From assembly GCF_009914755.1 (NCBI RefSeq), contig NC_060926.1: 64,000 nucleotides of DNA; one strand, given 5' to 3'. Of this stretch, positions 62,051 through 64,000 are shown piece after piece. The notes below the pieces were generated by a model that saw only the letters and a list, made by a program, of their open reading frames with translations, did no database searches and was not told the origin of the DNA. The translations under genes were made by a program, and so were the position numbers. Source of the stretch: the human T2T-CHM13v2.0 reference genome, Homo sapiens. Positions within the stretch are counted from its first letter, which is position 1; every line of letters starts with the position of its first letter.

Positions 62051-62969
62051 ATGGAGACAAGGCAGAGGTGGCCAGGGCTGGCACTGGGGGTGCCGGCTCT
62101 AGTTCCAGCTGGACACCGGAGTCTCTGGCTTCTCTTGGTCTGGGGACAGTCTGTGCATGGGGAATTGTAAAGGCTTCTGCTTGGCTCAGGCTGGTTCAAG
62201 TGGCCCCATCCTGGGCTAATTGGCAGTGGCTAGGGGCAGGTCACATACTGGACACACTCCCATCAGCTGGACACCCACCCCAATCGATACCCACTACGCA
62301 AGTAGACCCCAAACCTGGGCAGCAGGCAAAGTCAAGAGCAGTCCAGGGAGCCAGGGTCCAAAAGCTGGAGACATTTCTGAAGGTTGTCAATCTGTGAGGA
62401 CAGACATGAGCCTGGAACTGAAGATTTGGATAACCCACGTGCACTGGGGCCAAGAGATAAGGGGCATCAGGTGTCCAGACGTGATGGAGGGATGGGAGGG
62501 AGAGGTAGGTGAACAGGGAGTGCTCAGAGCTAGGTGAGATATTTTAGCAAAATCACCAAACAGGAAAAGTTGATGATGCTGGTCCCGTGCAGCTGCTTCT
62601 GTAGGAGTTCATGGGGACAGGGGTTACCAGAGGAGGGTTTGCAAATTTTTCCTATAGGATGCCCTCTCTATGGTGATGTACTTGGTCGTCAGTCAACTGC
62701 CTGGACAGCCCTGACATTTCCCCTCTCTCCCCACCCTTGCCATGCGCTCATCAAGCCTGCCCATTCTTGCTCCTTAATGCCTCTCTCCCCAATCCCTTCC
62801 TTTCCATTTCTGTGGTTCTCTTTTGGTGAAGACTATCAATCATCTTTGGATCATTGCAGCGGCTTCCGCCCTGATCATGCTACTCTCACTCTTGCCTTCA
62901 ATTCACACTCCAGATAGGGCACCACAGGAATCTTCCAAACACGTAAATCTAAGTTACCACCCTGGTTAA

Positions 62970-63160
62970 AACCTTCTATAATTAACACAACAACACAACC
63001 TGATTAAAAAATGGGGCAAAGGACTTAGGCATTTCTCCAAAGAAGATATACAAATGGCCAGCAAGCACGTGAAAAGACACCCATCACCCATCTTTAGGGA
63101 AACGCAAATCAAAACCACAATGAGATACCATTTCACACCCATTAAGATGGCTATTGCACA
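62970..63160 (+). mobile_element. L1M ORF2 C-terminal fragment
   Basis: aaaaatggggcaaaggact...catttctccaaagaagatatacaaatggcc...gcaaatcaaaaccacaatgagataccatttcacaccc. Confidence 0.88.
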
Positions 63161-63730
63161 AATATGGTCCATTGCATAAATATATCTCTTCTCCTGTTGA
63201 TGAACGTCTGGGCTCTTTCCAGTTTGGAGCTATTATGAATAAAGCTGCTGTATATTGGGAGACAATTCCCCATGAGTCTCTCGCATTTCTACACATCTTA
63301 TGAGTAAGGCACTGATTGACCTATCTTTTCATGGGTGTTTGTATTGCAGACAGCTTTGGAAGATCAAGCGTCTCCCTCTGGAGCAAAGGGCAAGCACGCT
63401 TGCTTCCCATTGTAAAAGATCCAGGTTCCCTAAGCTCAGGGTTCCTCTCCTGTAATGCAATTCACTGCAAGTACAGGATCCATCTGGGCCCACTCACATT
63501 GTTCTGTGGGACTTGGGGCAAAAGGAACTGACGCAAATATGCTGATACACATGCTGTTTGCTGTGCTGTGAGGAATAACATCCTTTGTCTCTGACTCATG
63601 GTTCTGCCATCTTCTGCCAGCCTCTCAAGAGCCTAACTCATTACCTTTCAAGTTGAGTAAAATTTCAGACCCTTTATAGTTCTTGACATTAAGTGTTCTT
63701 ATACAAGTGTTTCTGGGAACATATATTTTC
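63160..63730 (-). mobile_element. L1M fragment in opposite orientation, split by an LTR
   Basis: ttccagtttggagctattatgaataaagctgctg before the LTR, continuing ttcttatacaagtgtttctgggaacatatattttc after it. Confidence 0.72.
63253..63688 (+). mobile_element. ERVL-type solo LTR (LTR47-like)
   Basis: ttgggagacaattccccatgagtctctcgcatttct, tctccctctggagcaaagggca, ggttccctaagctcagggttcctctcctgtaa, ending cagaccctttatagttcttgaca. Subfamily name from memory. Confidence 0.72.
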
Positions 63731-63734
63731 CCAC

Positions 63735-63960
63735 TTCTTCTTTGTCCTTCTCATCCTGCTGCCTGGAGTGCGGACCTGATGGCTAGAGCCCTGGTTACCA
63801 TCTTGACCCATGAGGACCAGAGACGTAGTGGGTAGAAGGAGCATGGGTGTCCAAGGCTTTTGCAGGTCAGAGTGATCATATTGGCCCTGGAATTTTACAG
63901 GAGGGAAAATGCCTTGCTTACACCACTGTACCGTGGTGTTTTCCAACCCTATCTAATGCA
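63735..63960 (+). mobile_element. Old MLT1 (J/K-type) LTR fragment
   Basis: cctgctgcctggagtgcggacctgatggctagagcc...ccatcttgacccatgagg. Confidence 0.6.
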
Positions 63961-64000
63961 ACCCATGTCGTGGCTCATCCTGTCTGGGATGTTTTCCCGC

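Overview
GC-rich primate (human-like) genomic DNA. I found no protein-coding exon, RNA gene, CRISPR array or prokaryotic system. The ORF track is chance ORFs plus Alu/L1-derived translations. The window is a mosaic of interspersed repeats: about 10 Alu pieces (J and S subfamilies), old L1/HAL1 fragments, many L2 and MIR relics, MaLR/ERVL solo LTRs (MLT1, MSTB, LTR33, LTR47-like) and hAT DNA transposons (full-length MER45B, MER45A, MER20, MER3, MER5, MER102). Between them lie short AT-richer unique blocks dense in transcription-factor motifs (PBX-HOX, HOX, FOX, POU, STAT, ETS/IRF, T-box). Two CpG islands (~50.2-50.8 kb and ~60.5-61.4 kb) are not followed by any recognisable coding exon. Best reading: an intergenic or deep-intronic regulatory landscape, possibly with lncRNA exons. 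I cannot name the locus. The most distinctive directly visible oddities are a tailless, internally primed Alu with a 16-bp TSD, a trimeric Alu nested in an MSTB LTR, two templated-insertion-like repair scars, a three-layer nested L2/MER20/Alu, and PBX-HOX motif clustering at the second CpG island. Repeat subfamily names come from recalled consensus sequences, and boundaries of old repeats are approximate.
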